Program-made: the position numbers and the translations under genes
In this document: positions 1-9,952 of the stretch, piece after piece
How the letters are laid out: every line of letters starts with the position of its first letter
How positions within the stretch are numbered: the first letter of the stretch is position 1
DNA from: a virus
Lineage: Duplodnaviria; Caudoviricetes
Direction: 5' to 3' (one strand)
DNA length: 64,000 bases
Virus record (IMG/VR): IMGVR_UViG_3300011335_000731
Location: 1 to 64,000 of that record
Notes under the pieces: generated by a model
The model's input: the letters and a program-made list of their open reading frames with translations, nothing else
What the model was told of the DNA's origin: nothing
Database searches by the model: none

Positions 1-11
1 GAGCCATTTAA

Positions 12-845
12 ATGAGCAAAAACCAGTTTGAACAGTTGATTGAATATGTGATCAACGACGAAGACGCAAAAGCCAAAGAACTTTTCCATCAGATCGTGGT
101 ATCAAAAAGCCGTCAGATCTATGAAAACCTCATGCAAGAAGGTGAAAACGAAATGGGATTAACTCCCACCGAAGTTGATACCGACATGGATGAAAGCATG
201 ATGGGCGGAAGTCAAACTGAAGCAATGATCCGTGATGTTGAAGCTGAAGAAAACGGCATGATGGAAACCGACGACGAAGAAGATGATGTCGAGTTTGACG
301 ACGAAGCCGAAGCAGATGGCGAAGATCTCACCAAAGACATGGAACATGACCATGACGAAGAAATGGATGATGCCGAGCAAACAGATCGCATCCTGGATCT
401 AGAAGACAAGCTAGACGAACTCATGGCTCAATTTGAAGAAATGATGGGCGGTGATGACATGGGCGGTATGGACGGTGGTGACGACGGCATGAGCGACATG
501 GAAATTGACGCTGACGAATTTGAAACAGAAGGCATGATGGAAAACATCAGCTTGAAACAAGTTCATCCCAAAGTCACAACACACGAAGAAGGTGACGGAA
601 AAGCAGGTCCTGTAGCATTCAATGCTGGTCAAACAGGCATGGAAGGCCGTCCTGTGCGAGCAGGCAAAAACGAAGGTGGACACCACGACACTGCTGCTTA
701 CAAAAATAGCACCAAGGACCTGATTGGTAAAGTTGGTAACACACCAGCACAAGCCAAGCAAGACCTCAAGCCAGCTACTAAGCCACACTTGGGTCAAGCA
801 TCAGGTGTTAACACACGCACACCATTTCCACGCGGTGGAAAGTAA
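12..845 (+). CDS. Acidic prohead core/scaffold-like protein (gp67/gp68 position)
   Basis: Extremely D/E/M-rich 277 aa ORF directly upstream of the prohead protease; carries hydrophobic-X-E motifs (LMQE, MMET, MMEN). Assignment is mainly by synteny. Confidence 0.55.
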   Translation: MSKNQFEQLIEYVINDEDAKAKELFHQIVVSKSRQIYENLMQEGENEMGLTPTEVDTDMDESMMGGSQTEAMIRDVEAEENGMMETDDEEDDVEFDDEAEADGEDLTKDMEHDHDEEMDDAEQTDRILDLEDKLDELMAQFEEMMGGDDMGGMDGGDDGMSDMEIDADEFETEGMMENISLKQVHPKVTTHEEGDGKAGPVAFNAGQTGMEGRPVRAGKNEGGHHDTAAYKNSTKDLIGKVGNTPAQAKQDLKPATKPHLGQASGVNTRTPFPRGGK

Positions 846-851
846 TCTGCA

Positions 852-1493
852 ATGAAATACTTACAGGAACATTTAAACTTCAACCAAGCCAAGATTCGCG
901 TCTTGGTTGAAGATGGTCCTGACGGTGCAGGCAAGACATTATACATGGAAGGTATCTGTATCGAAGGCGGAGTAAAGAACGCCAACGAAAGAGTTTACCC
1001 TGTGAATGAAATTGGCAAAGCCGTCCAAAGTATCAATGAGCAGTTGCGTGGTGGTTATTCAGTGCTGGGTGAAGTAGATCACCCAGAGGATTTGAAAATC
1101 AATTTGGATCGTGTGAGCCATTGCATTGACAAGATGTGGATGGATGGCCCTGCAGGATACGGCAAGTTGAGAATATTACCCACACCCATGGGCCAATTGG
1201 TTAAAACCATGTTGGATTCGGGTGTAAAACTAGGAGTTTCGAGCCGTGGTTCCGGAAACGTGAACGACAGCAACGGACATGTCAGTGACTTTGAAATCGT
1301 CACTGTAGATATTGTTGCTCAGCCCAGTGCTCCGCATGCATATCCCCGTGCAATTTATGAAGGACTTCGTAACATGAAGTATGGTCATAAAGTGTTGGAG
1401 ATAGCCAAAGAAGCAGGGTCTGACAGCAAGGTACAGAGATTTTTGCGTGAGGAAGTAAAACGCCTTATCAAAGATCTCAAAATTAAGGAGTAA
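852..1493 (+). CDS. gp21: Prohead core protease (T4 gp21-like)
   Basis: Motifs LYMEGICIEGGVKNANERVYP, LGEVDHPE (His), GVSSRGSG (Ser); sits before scaffold and capsid genes. Confidence 0.95.
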   Translation: MKYLQEHLNFNQAKIRVLVEDGPDGAGKTLYMEGICIEGGVKNANERVYPVNEIGKAVQSINEQLRGGYSVLGEVDHPEDLKINLDRVSHCIDKMWMDGPAGYGKLRILPTPMGQLVKTMLDSGVKLGVSSRGSGNVNDSNGHVSDFEIVTVDIVAQPSAPHAYPRAIYEGLRNMKYGHKVLEIAKEAGSDSKVQRFLREEVKRLIKDLKIKE

Positions 1494-1496
1494 AGC

Positions 1497-2594
1497 ATGC
1501 TAGATGCAATCAAACCATTGCTAGATAGCGGCCTGATCAATGAAGATGTCAGCAGAGAACTCAACGAAGCTTGGGAATCAAAACTGTCAGAAGCACGTGA
1601 ACAGGTTCGGTCCGAACTACGTGAAGAGTTCGCACAACGCTATGAGCACGACAAGACAGTGATGGTTGAAGCCTTAGACAAGATGATGACAGATGGTCTC
1701 GCCGGTGAACTCGCTGAGTTTGCTCAAGAGAAAGCTGCCCTGCGCGAAGATCGCGTGAAGTTCCAAGCCAAGATGAAAGAAAGCGCCGGAAAGTTCAACA
1801 ACTTTATGGTGACCAAATTGGCCGAAGAAATCAGCGAACTGCGTAAAGACCGCAAGCAGCACAATGAAGGACTAGAAAAACTAGAAGGCTTCATGGTGCA
1901 TGCCCTGGCTCGTGAGATCCAAGAATTTGCTACAGATAAACGTGACGTGGTGGAAACCAAAGTGCGTTTGGTGCGTGAAGCACGTGGTCAATTGGAGCGT
2001 CTCAAGACACGTTTCGTAAAAGAAAGTGCCGCAAAAATGAGTCAAGCTGTTAGCCATCATCTCAAGGCTGAACTTACACAGTTACACGAAGATGTTAAAA
2101 TTGCTCGTGAGAACAATTTTGGTCGTCGTATTTTTGAAGCGTATGCTGCTGAATTTGGTGCCACTCATCTCAATGAGAAAGCCGAAGTCCGCAAGTTGCA
2201 AAACATCATCGCTGCCAGAGAAAATCAACTGTCAGAAGCCATCAAACTCGGCAGGAAAGCAAAAGTTCTTGTTGAGTCCAAGGAACGTGAAATACGAATC
2301 ATCCGTGAATCTACTGTGCGTCAAACCACAATGGACGATCTGCTAAGTCCTCTCAATGAGGAAAAGCGTGAAGTGATGCGTAATTTACTCGAAAGTGTGC
2401 AGACAAACCGTCTGAAGAACGCCTTCGAAAAGTATCTACCAGCAGTATTAGCTGAAGGCAAGTCTGTGAAAGCCCGCCAGGTGATCTCAGAAAATGTGTC
2501 AGAAGTCACTGGTAATAAAACTGCCCCTCGTCAAGACGAAGACAGTGTTGACAACAGCAATGTGATCGCCATCAAGCGTCTGGCAGGGCTGTAA
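1497..2594 (+). CDS. gp22: Prohead core scaffolding protein (T4 gp22-like)
   Basis: Charged coiled-coil 365 aa protein between protease and major capsid gene; AAGGAG RBS. Confidence 0.85.
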   Translation: MLDAIKPLLDSGLINEDVSRELNEAWESKLSEAREQVRSELREEFAQRYEHDKTVMVEALDKMMTDGLAGELAEFAQEKAALREDRVKFQAKMKESAGKFNNFMVTKLAEEISELRKDRKQHNEGLEKLEGFMVHALAREIQEFATDKRDVVETKVRLVREARGQLERLKTRFVKESAAKMSQAVSHHLKAELTQLHEDVKIARENNFGRRIFEAYAAEFGATHLNEKAEVRKLQNIIAARENQLSEAIKLGRKAKVLVESKEREIRIIRESTVRQTTMDDLLSPLNEEKREVMRNLLESVQTNRLKNAFEKYLPAVLAEGKSVKARQVISENVSEVTGNKTAPRQDEDSVDNSNVIAIKRLAGL

Positions 2595-2616
2595 TTTTTT
2601 AACTAAGGAGACTTAA

Positions 2617-3828
2617 ATGTCACAAACTCTATTAGAAGGTCGTTGGAATGAAACCAAAGACGCTCTTCTCGAAGGCCTGAAAGGCAACAAGCGTACAAGT
2701 ATGAGCGTGATCCTCGAAAACACACGCAAGTATTTGAAAGAAAATGCAAGCGGTGGTAGCACCGGTTCCGGCAACATCGCCACACTGAACCGTGTGATTC
2801 TGCCAGTGATCCGTCGTGTTATGCCAACCGTTATCGCTAACGAATTGGTTGGCGTTCAGCCCATGACTGGTCCAGTTGGTCAGATCCACACCCTGCGTGT
2901 GCGTTATGCCAACACAATGCAAGACAACAGTGCTGCTCAAACCAGCACCGCTGCTGGTCAAGAAGCATTGAGCCCATTCTTGATCGCTCAAGCATACTCT
3001 TCAGCAAGCAGCGTTACCGCTGGTATCGTTGATCCTACACAGAATATCTATTCTGGTGCTAACACAGCAGTGCTTGAAGGTTCCGGCGGTCGTCAGATCT
3101 CTGTGCAAATCTTGAAGCAAGCAGTTGAAGCTAAGACTCGTAAGCTGCAAGCTCGTTGGACATTTGAAGCTGCTCAAGACGCTCAAGCAATGCATGGTAT
3201 CGACGTAGAAGCCGAAATCATGGCTGCTCTGGCTCAAGAAATTACAGCTGAAATTGACCAGGAAATCTTGTTGAGCCTGCGCTCACTGGCTACCACTGAG
3301 TACACATACAACCAAGCTACCGTTTCTGGTACTGCTACATTCGTTGGTGACGAACATGCTGCTTTGGCTGTTCTTATCAACCGTGTTGCTAACCTGATCG
3401 CTCAACGCACTCGTCGTGGCGCTGGTAACTACGCAGTTGTTTCTTCAGCTAGTTTGACCGTTCTGCAAAGTGCTACCACTTCTGCATTCGCTCGTACTAC
3501 AGAAGGTACATTCGAAGCACCTACCAACACCAAGTTTGTTGGTACACTGAACGGCGCAATGCGTGTGTTCGTTGACAGCTATGCCAGCGACACCACTCCT
3601 GTGCTGGTTGGTTACAAAGGTAGTTCAGAAGCTGACGCTCCTGCATTCTACTGCCCTTACATCCCCTTGATGAGTTCAGGTGTTGTACTGGATCCAACCA
3701 CATTCGAACCAGTCGTGTCGTTCATGACACGTTATGGTTTCATCGAATTGACCAACACCGCAAGCAGCTTCGGCAACGCTGGCGACTATGTTGGCGAAAT
3801 CGCTGTTTCCAACTTGTCATTCTCCTAA
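2617..3828 (+). CDS. gp23: Major capsid protein (T4 gp23-like)
   Basis: LVGVQPMTGPVGQIHTLRVRY, AKTRKLQARWTFEAAQDAQAMHGIDVEAE, FYCPYIPL, TRYG motifs; strong RBS; followed by a terminator. Confidence 0.97.
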   Translation: MSQTLLEGRWNETKDALLEGLKGNKRTSMSVILENTRKYLKENASGGSTGSGNIATLNRVILPVIRRVMPTVIANELVGVQPMTGPVGQIHTLRVRYANTMQDNSAAQTSTAAGQEALSPFLIAQAYSSASSVTAGIVDPTQNIYSGANTAVLEGSGGRQISVQILKQAVEAKTRKLQARWTFEAAQDAQAMHGIDVEAEIMAALAQEITAEIDQEILLSLRSLATTEYTYNQATVSGTATFVGDEHAALAVLINRVANLIAQRTRRGAGNYAVVSSASLTVLQSATTSAFARTTEGTFEAPTNTKFVGTLNGAMRVFVDSYASDTTPVLVGYKGSSEADAPAFYCPYIPLMSSGVVLDPTTFEPVVSFMTRYGFIELTNTASSFGNAGDYVGEIAVSNLSFS

Positions 3829-3862
3829 TCAGAGAACCACAACTTTCTCAGGGATGGGAAGG

Positions 3863-3893
3863 AACAAAAAGGGCCGCAAGGCCCTTTTTTGTT
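3863..3893 (+). terminator. Intrinsic (probably bidirectional) terminator after gp23
   Basis: AAAAAGGGCC-GCAA-GGCCCTTTTTT, GNRA loop, flanked by A- and T-tracts. Confidence 0.9.
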
Positions 3894-3934
3894 GACTGAA
3901 CATATATGCACCGAGATCATTTGTTGGATACCGG

Positions 3935-3940
3935 TAAATA
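3935..3940 (+). promoter_or_regulatory. Late-promoter motif TAAATA
   Basis: TAAATA 20 nt before ATG 3961; the same motif recurs before most structural genes and resembles T4 late TATAAATA. Confidence 0.6.
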
Positions 3941-3960
3941 CTGCAAAGGGAACTCTAACC

Positions 3961-6900
3961 ATGGCCACAATTAAAACACCCGCCGCTGGCGTATCACCAT
4001 ATCAAGAAGCGGCTGCTGCTCCTGTAGTATTACGAGCCGATGCAAATGGTAACACAGTATTAGCCAATCCAACTGTTACTGCAACAGCGGCTGCCACTGC
4101 TGCGGCAGCAACCAATGCCAACAGCAATGTGATAGTGAATGGAAATGAAGCGTTAAACAGTTTGATTGCTACCAGCCGCAGTGGTGTATTTGAAGGTGCC
4201 AATGTTACTATCAATCTTGAAGAACAACTTTTCAACACCACTAACCAAGTTACAAGTACAACCAACTACCCGTCGGGCGGCATAGGAGAGATACAATATA
4301 ACTCAGGCTCCAACAGTTTTGCCAGCAGTGCTTATTTTACATATACCAGTGGAAATGTCGTAACACCTGGTATCCGCACAGATGGGTATTTCTACAGTAA
4401 CGGAGCACCATTCGTCAGTGGTGGAAATGCTGCTATTGGTAATTTTGTGTTCACTGGCGATACGATGACAACCAGTAATCCAACCTTGTATATCACTGCC
4501 AATGGAGATAGTAATTCAAGTGTTACTTCTATAAAAAATGTATCCAATGCTGGAAATTCTGACATCATACTCAATAGAGCACAAGTAGCAATCACATCGG
4601 GCACTAGCAATACATGGACCTTTGGCGCAACTGGTACCACACAGTTTCCTGGTAATCTACTACACCCGCCTGCAGGAAATCCACTAGATATCCAAGTCAC
4701 CGTCGGGAATGCCTATTCAACAGTTTCGTTATATGAAACTGGGTCACAACTAATAATACAAGATAATACTACTGGCCCAAATCCTGCCTGGGCACTTTTT
4801 GAAGCAGATCTGGGCAATGTCAACACACCGCAGGCAGTAGTCATTCTCAAACCCGGCGACACTGGCACCGAAGTGCGTTGGACCTTTAATGCAACTGGTG
4901 ATGTTGTATTCCCAACATTAAGCACACAGCGTGGAGACAATCCTTCAGGAACCATAACAGGACAAACATTGTTGTTTGGTGATAACACACAAGAAGCTGT
5001 GATCTCAACGCCCGATGGTAATGTTGATTACATCAATAGCCAACGCTTGGTAATCAATCCTGGTGCAGGTGCTGCTAATACCAGTGGTGAAGGCGGCGAC
5101 ATTTATCTATGGGCCGGCCGTGGTGGCAATGCTTCGGGGTCAGGCGGCGACATCAAGATCCGTGGCGGCCAAGGTGGTACTGGAAACGGATATGGAGGCT
5201 ATATCCGTATGGAAGCCGGTGATGGTGACAGCAGCGGCGGTTACCCGGGTTACATAGAATTACTAGGAGGAACCGGCGGTACTGGTCAACCTGGTGGTTA
5301 TATTCATATTCTAGGAGGCCAAGGGCCTATTGCTGGAGGAGATGCAAACATCACTGGTGGCACCGGTAGCGGTATAGGTCTTGGAGGTAATGTTAATCTT
5401 GTTGGTGGTATTTCTGCCAATGGTCTTGCTGACTATGGCCGTGTAAACATCTCGTCAGGAGCCAGCACTTGGGTCTTTGACAATGCAGGTAATTTAACAT
5501 TACCAGCAAATACATTTGCAGTAAACTATGCCAACGGTAATCCTGTTGTGATTTCAGGCGGCGCTGCCGGATTACCTTTGGCCAATGGCACAAGTAACAT
5601 CAACATTGCCACGGCCAACGGCAATGTGACCATCACTGCCAATGGATCACCAACATGGAATTTTGACTATAATGGTATATTAACATTGCCCGGTAACAGT
5701 AGAGTTGCTCCGGTGGGTGCCAACATTGAGCTACAAGCCGCTGCTGGCGGCTACGCAGAAATAGTAACTTCCGATGGCAACAGTTATGTAGCGGTCACCA
5801 ACGGTGGCGCTGAGATTGTTACCAGTGGGGTTTACACCTGGGCCTTTAACAATGTAGGTACTCTAACCACACCAGGATCATCGGGCAACATCACTGGCGC
5901 TAATGTGATCATTGCTAATATACTTTCAGCAATTGGTGATGTGGAATCTAGTAATGTCAATGCTGCTACTCTTAGTGCAATTGGTAATGTTGTTGCTAAC
6001 AATGCTATAATAACACAAGTAATCTCTGGTGCAACATTGGAACTAGTAAGCACGGCCAATGTAGGTAATTTAAGCACAGTTGGAAGTGTAAGTGCCGGTG
6101 GCAATATCACTTCTCGTACCGCAATTTATACCGGAAATGGTGCAGCCTGGCAAACTCAAGTGGCCCTGGCTAATGTGGTATTTGTAGGTGCCGAAGTAGC
6201 AGATACTTATATTCAAGCTGCTATGATTGAAACCAGCGGAAATGGTAGTGCTGACTGGGTAAGTTATGCCAACAACGGAAACACTGATTCTGGATGGATC
6301 GACATGGGCATAACTGGAAATACATTCAATGATCCAGATTATGAACTCACAGATCCAAATGATGGATACATTCTAGTTCAAGGGTTTGGCGGTGGCTCTC
6401 CATTGGGCGGTAACCTGATCCTTGCCACAGGCGATACCGGTCTTGCTCACGACATCGTTTTTGCCACAGGTGGGTTCACTCATGCAAACATCAAGGCCAG
6501 ACTTATTGATGCCACTGGTGAGTTCAGTGTGGTTGGCAACATCGCTGGCAACTACTTCATAGGCAATGGTAGTCAACTCACTGATGTGGGTGCGGCAACG
6601 GTTCCCAGTCAAAATATTCTACCCACCATACAAACCATCACGGTTGCTGATACCAGCGGGGTCGGAAATGCAGGTGGCGCTGGCGATGCATTTGCCAATG
6701 TAACAGTATCCAATGTAATTCCGGTAACTGAATATGGCGTAATCGTCACTTCCGGTACATCAAGTCAAAAGTATGCCACCGGTGCTTTAGGCAGCATTCC
6801 CGGAACAGTGCAATTGACCTTTACTACCGGTTTGAATTCCACACCGTTTACTGTGTATGCATATGTGACAAGTAATGCAGGCACATACTATTCAAATTCA

Positions 6901-7542
6901 GCTACCGGAACCTCGGGCATTTGCTTGTTGGCCGGAACTCAAATTGCACTCAGCGATGGCACACGCAAAGCAATCGAAGATATCACCTACACTGACAAAC
7001 TGTTGAGCTGGGACTTTGATCGTGGCTGCTATGCAGAAACTACAGCATTGTGGATCAAACGCAGTGAAACTGGAAGTCAATATAACCTACTCACATTCAG
7101 TGATGGCACAACTTTACGAACATTTGATCAGCATCGTATCTTTAACAAACAAGCAGGTGCGTTTACATATCCAATGACAGAGGCAACTCCTGTCGGAACT
7201 ATCACTGTGAACGAACATGGTCAAGAGATTACATTGACTAACAAGCAAGTGATACAGGATACCATTGAATACTACAATGTCATCACCGACTATCACATGA
7301 ACTTGTTCTCTGACAGTGTGTTGACCAGTTGCAGATTCAACAACATCTATCCTATAACAGATATGAAGTTTGTTAAAGATAGCAGAAAATTACGCACAAG
7401 AGCGGAATTTGAAAATGTTGAAGATAGATTTTTCCACGGTCTACGATTAGCAGAACAAACCGCAGATCTTGAAACTGTTGAATGGTATGTGAACAGACTA
7501 CTGGCAACAGAAGTGTCGACCCAATTGGAACTAGCATTTTGA
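3961..7542 (+). CDS. Fibre-like virion protein with C-terminal Hint (Hedgehog/intein-like) autoprocessing domain
   Basis: Likely start MATIK at 3961. N/T/G-rich beta-repeat body, Gly-rich segment, then G-I-C-LLAGTQI (Cys at 6922), FDQHRIF and YYNVITDYHMNLFSDSVLTS Hint blocks. Confidence 0.8.
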   Translation: MATIKTPAAGVSPYQEAAAAPVVLRADANGNTVLANPTVTATAAATAAAATNANSNVIVNGNEALNSLIATSRSGVFEGANVTINLEEQLFNTTNQVTSTTNYPSGGIGEIQYNSGSNSFASSAYFTYTSGNVVTPGIRTDGYFYSNGAPFVSGGNAAIGNFVFTGDTMTTSNPTLYITANGDSNSSVTSIKNVSNAGNSDIILNRAQVAITSGTSNTWTFGATGTTQFPGNLLHPPAGNPLDIQVTVGNAYSTVSLYETGSQLIIQDNTTGPNPAWALFEADLGNVNTPQAVVILKPGDTGTEVRWTFNATGDVVFPTLSTQRGDNPSGTITGQTLLFGDNTQEAVISTPDGNVDYINSQRLVINPGAGAANTSGEGGDIYLWAGRGGNASGSGGDIKIRGGQGGTGNGYGGYIRMEAGDGDSSGGYPGYIELLGGTGGTGQPGGYIHILGGQGPIAGGDANITGGTGSGIGLGGNVNLVGGISANGLADYGRVNISSGASTWVFDNAGNLTLPANTFAVNYANGNPVVISGGAAGLPLANGTSNINIATANGNVTITANGSPTWNFDYNGILTLPGNSRVAPVGANIELQAAAGGYAEIVTSDGNSYVAVTNGGAEIVTSGVYTWAFNNVGTLTTPGSSGNITGANVIIANILSAIGDVESSNVNAATLSAIGNVVANNAIITQVISGATLELVSTANVGNLSTVGSVSAGGNITSRTAIYTGNGAAWQTQVALANVVFVGAEVADTYIQAAMIETSGNGSADWVSYANNGNTDSGWIDMGITGNTFNDPDYELTDPNDGYILVQGFGGGSPLGGNLILATGDTGLAHDIVFATGGFTHANIKARLIDATGEFSVVGNIAGNYFIGNGSQLTDVGAATVPSQNILPTIQTITVADTSGVGNAGGAGDAFANVTVSNVIPVTEYGVIVTSGTSSQKYATGALGSIPGTVQLTFTTGLNSTPFTVYAYVTSNAGTYYSNSATGTSGICLLAGTQIALSDGTRKAIEDITYTDKLLSWDFDRGCYAETTALWIKRSETGSQYNLLTFSDGTTLRTFDQHRIFNKQAGAFTYPMTEATPVGTITVNEHGQEITLTNKQVIQDTIEYYNVITDYHMNLFSDSVLTSCRFNNIYPITDMKFVKDSRKLRTRAEFENVEDRFFHGLRLAEQTADLETVEWYVNRLLATEVSTQLELAF

Positions 7543-8036
7543 AAATACTGTTCTTGGATCATTATGGTGTAATGTGTCTTGGTGCCACCGAGATAGTTAG
7601 AACTGAACACAGTATGCCCACTGATGCTGAATTTGAAGGAACCAACAAAACCTATTTTAGTGACTTTGATCCAGACGCGGTCAACACGCTAAATCAACTA
7701 TTAGATCAAACTGGTGCTGAAATTGTTGTGTCCAGTGACTGGAAATTAAAAACCAGTATCAAAGGCATGTGTGAGTTTTATCAGACACAAGGCATCAAAA
7801 AAATGCCCGTTGATTATACTGCGTGGTTACCCGGAGCAACTACATACCATGAACAACGAGCAAATGAAATAAATGCTTGGCTAGAACAACATCCTGAAAC
7901 CACTCAATGGGCAGCAATAGATGATTTATACATGGGTACTTGGCTGACAAATTTTGTTTGGGCAAAAAATGTGCATCTAGGAATAAATGACACCACGGTG
8001 CAACAACAACTTTTAGATATTTTTATGCAGGTGTAG
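7539..8036 (+). CDS. HAD-superfamily protein (Swiss-Army-knife RNA-repair-type HAD)
   Basis: KILFLDHYGVM, IVVSSDWK, WAAIDD motifs; probable TTG start overlapping the upstream TGA. Confidence 0.75.
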   Translation: MKILFLDHYGVMCLGATEIVRTEHSMPTDAEFEGTNKTYFSDFDPDAVNTLNQLLDQTGAEIVVSSDWKLKTSIKGMCEFYQTQGIKKMPVDYTAWLPGATTYHEQRANEINAWLEQHPETTQWAAIDDLYMGTWLTNFVWAKNVHLGINDTTVQQQLLDIFMQV

Positions 8037-8067
8037 CCCTGAAACTTTTTGATATATAGGATAACAC

Positions 8068-8796
8068 ATGGCACTAACAATTGGCACCGGAATCACCATA
8101 GGTGGTGGTATCACATTTGAAGCGATATTTCCACCGCCCACACCTTTGCCGGCAGCGTTGAATCTTGATGCCGGCAATCCTGCAAGTTATCCAGGCACTG
8201 GATCTACTTGGACTGACACAGTAGGAGGAATGGTATTTACTCTTGTTAACGGGCCAACATATAGCAGTGATAACGGTGGGTATATACAGTTTAACCCTGG
8301 GGCCGGGCAGTACGGGTATAGCTCCACAAACTTAGGCACCTTAGCCAACTGGTCAATTGAAGCCTGGCACTACTATGATGGCACCAATACCCCTAGTGGA
8401 CCCAACATATTCACAGAATTCTCATACGCTGGTGGCACTATCAATCTTGGATTGGGTTCCAATAGCGGTGCTGCTGATTTACAGACTTGGTGGTATGGTG
8501 CGGGATTTCAAACCACTGCGCCATACACATTAACATCGGGCAACTGGTATCAGATTGTGGGCACATTTGATGGCACTACTCTCAACTTATATGTAAACAA
8601 CACCCAGGTAGAAACTGCCAATGCACCGCCAGGTGGCGCTGCTAATCCTGCAATTGGATATGGGTTGATGACGCGTTGGGATCCGGGTGGTTTGTGGGGC
8701 GGACGCTTGAGTATCGTGCGTATCTACAACACAGATATTGGTGCTGCCGGCGTCGAACAAAACTGGAATGCCAACCGAGCCAGATTTGGTCTTTAG
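8068..8796 (+). CDS. LamG/concanavalin-A-like lectin domain virion protein
   Basis: LNLDAGNPASYPGTGSTWTD, WYQIVGTFDGTTLNLYVN, LSIVRIYN ... QNWNA pattern typical of phage LamG proteins. Confidence 0.85.
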   Translation: MALTIGTGITIGGGITFEAIFPPPTPLPAALNLDAGNPASYPGTGSTWTDTVGGMVFTLVNGPTYSSDNGGYIQFNPGAGQYGYSSTNLGTLANWSIEAWHYYDGTNTPSGPNIFTEFSYAGGTINLGLGSNSGAADLQTWWYGAGFQTTAPYTLTSGNWYQIVGTFDGTTLNLYVNNTQVETANAPPGGAANPAIGYGLMTRWDPGGLWGGRLSIVRIYNTDIGAAGVEQNWNANRARFGL

Positions 8797-9947
8797 ATTT
8801 TAAAGAAGCCCAAGAATTTGTGCATCTTGTTGATCACACTATCCCAGTCACCCATCCGAGGTTGACGATACAGTCTAGCACTGGGATACCAAGGTGAATC
8901 ATCACGCTTGAGCAACCAGCGCCAGCAGTTACCATACGCATTCAATGGAATCCAAACAGGACGACCCATGGCTCCTGCCAAGTGTGCATTAGCAGTATCT
9001 ACTGATATCACAAGATCCAAGTGATGCATGAGTCCTGCGGTATCACTAAAATCAGTTATAGTACCTGGAAAACATTCTGCACCAGCAGCAGTGATCACAG
9101 CAATTTCTTCGTCGGTAGCATCCATCTGCAAGTTGATCCATTGATGTTCAGGATTGCGGCGTATGAGTTCAGCCATCTTTTCCACTGGTATGCTTTTGTG
9201 AATGTGAATCCAAGAGTCTTTACGGCCGCTCCAACACACACCAATCCTCATGCGTTTTTTGGCACCTAATCTATCTGCCCACTCTTGTGCTTTGGCAGGA
9301 GTAGCAGCAATGTATTGTAGATTGTGTGTGAGATTATCCAAAGTTGTTCCAATGATCCGTGGCACGCTCATCATGGGAATCCAGTAATCGTATTCACCAA
9401 GTTCTTCACCAGGTCCGTAGATACCGATTACATTGCCAGCAGGAGCAGGGAACAATGGCTTCACTCCGGAACTTAGTACCAGTTTAATTTGGGCACCAGC
9501 AGCATTGAGATTGGCTACAAATCGCAGGAACTGGATCTGATCACCTAGCCCTTGTTCGCCAACTAGTAAAATTGTTTTTCCTTTTGGATCTTCACCTTGC
9601 CACTCTGGTTTAGGCAGTTTAGGTTTGTTGCCAGCTAAGTGTTCATAGCGCCATCTTGCTTCGTAGTATTTCCAACCAGATTCGTAATCACCTTTGAGCA
9701 AGTAAGCCACTGCTAGATTGAATTCAGCAGTGACATTTTTTGGTTCAATGTTGTATGCGGCATGCAGGAATGGGATAGCTCGTTCAGGATAGCCCATTTC
9801 TCTCAACACATTGCCGTAGTTGTTGAATGCAGCAGGATGATTGAAATCTTCCGCAAATACCTGTGCATAGCATTTCAATGCCAGTTCGGGATGATGTTCA
9901 GCACGATGTTGGTTGCCTTGTTCAATTAGTTGGTCAATGTTATTCAT
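8793..9947 (-). CDS. TPR-repeat glycosyltransferase (GT-B, GT9-like C-terminus)
   Basis: Likely start MNNIDQ at 9947. N-terminal TPRs (AAFNNYGNVLREMG), EQGLGDQIQFLRF, DLVISVDTANAHLAGAMGRP, WYPSARLYRQ. Confidence 0.85.
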   Translation of the reverse strand: MNNIDQLIEQGNQHRAEHHPELALKCYAQVFAEDFNHPAAFNNYGNVLREMGYPERAIPFLHAAYNIEPKNVTAEFNLAVAYLLKGDYESGWKYYEARWRYEHLAGNKPKLPKPEWQGEDPKGKTILLVGEQGLGDQIQFLRFVANLNAAGAQIKLVLSSGVKPLFPAPAGNVIGIYGPGEELGEYDYWIPMMSVPRIIGTTLDNLTHNLQYIAATPAKAQEWADRLGAKKRMRIGVCWSGRKDSWIHIHKSIPVEKMAELIRRNPEHQWINLQMDATDEEIAVITAAGAECFPGTITDFSDTAGLMHHLDLVISVDTANAHLAGAMGRPVWIPLNAYGNCWRWLLKRDDSPWYPSARLYRQPRMGDWDSVINKMHKFLGFFKI

Positions 9948-9952
9948 ATGGA

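Noticed and set aside
3889-3960. Upstream in-frame starts in the ORF track (also 7482, 9913, 10160, 20552, 29102, 37609, 42022, 47113, 57211, 58937, 60811, 62433)
   Set aside because: The extensions overlap terminators, promoters or neighbouring genes; downstream ATG/TTG codons with an RBS, a promoter or stop-start coupling fit better.
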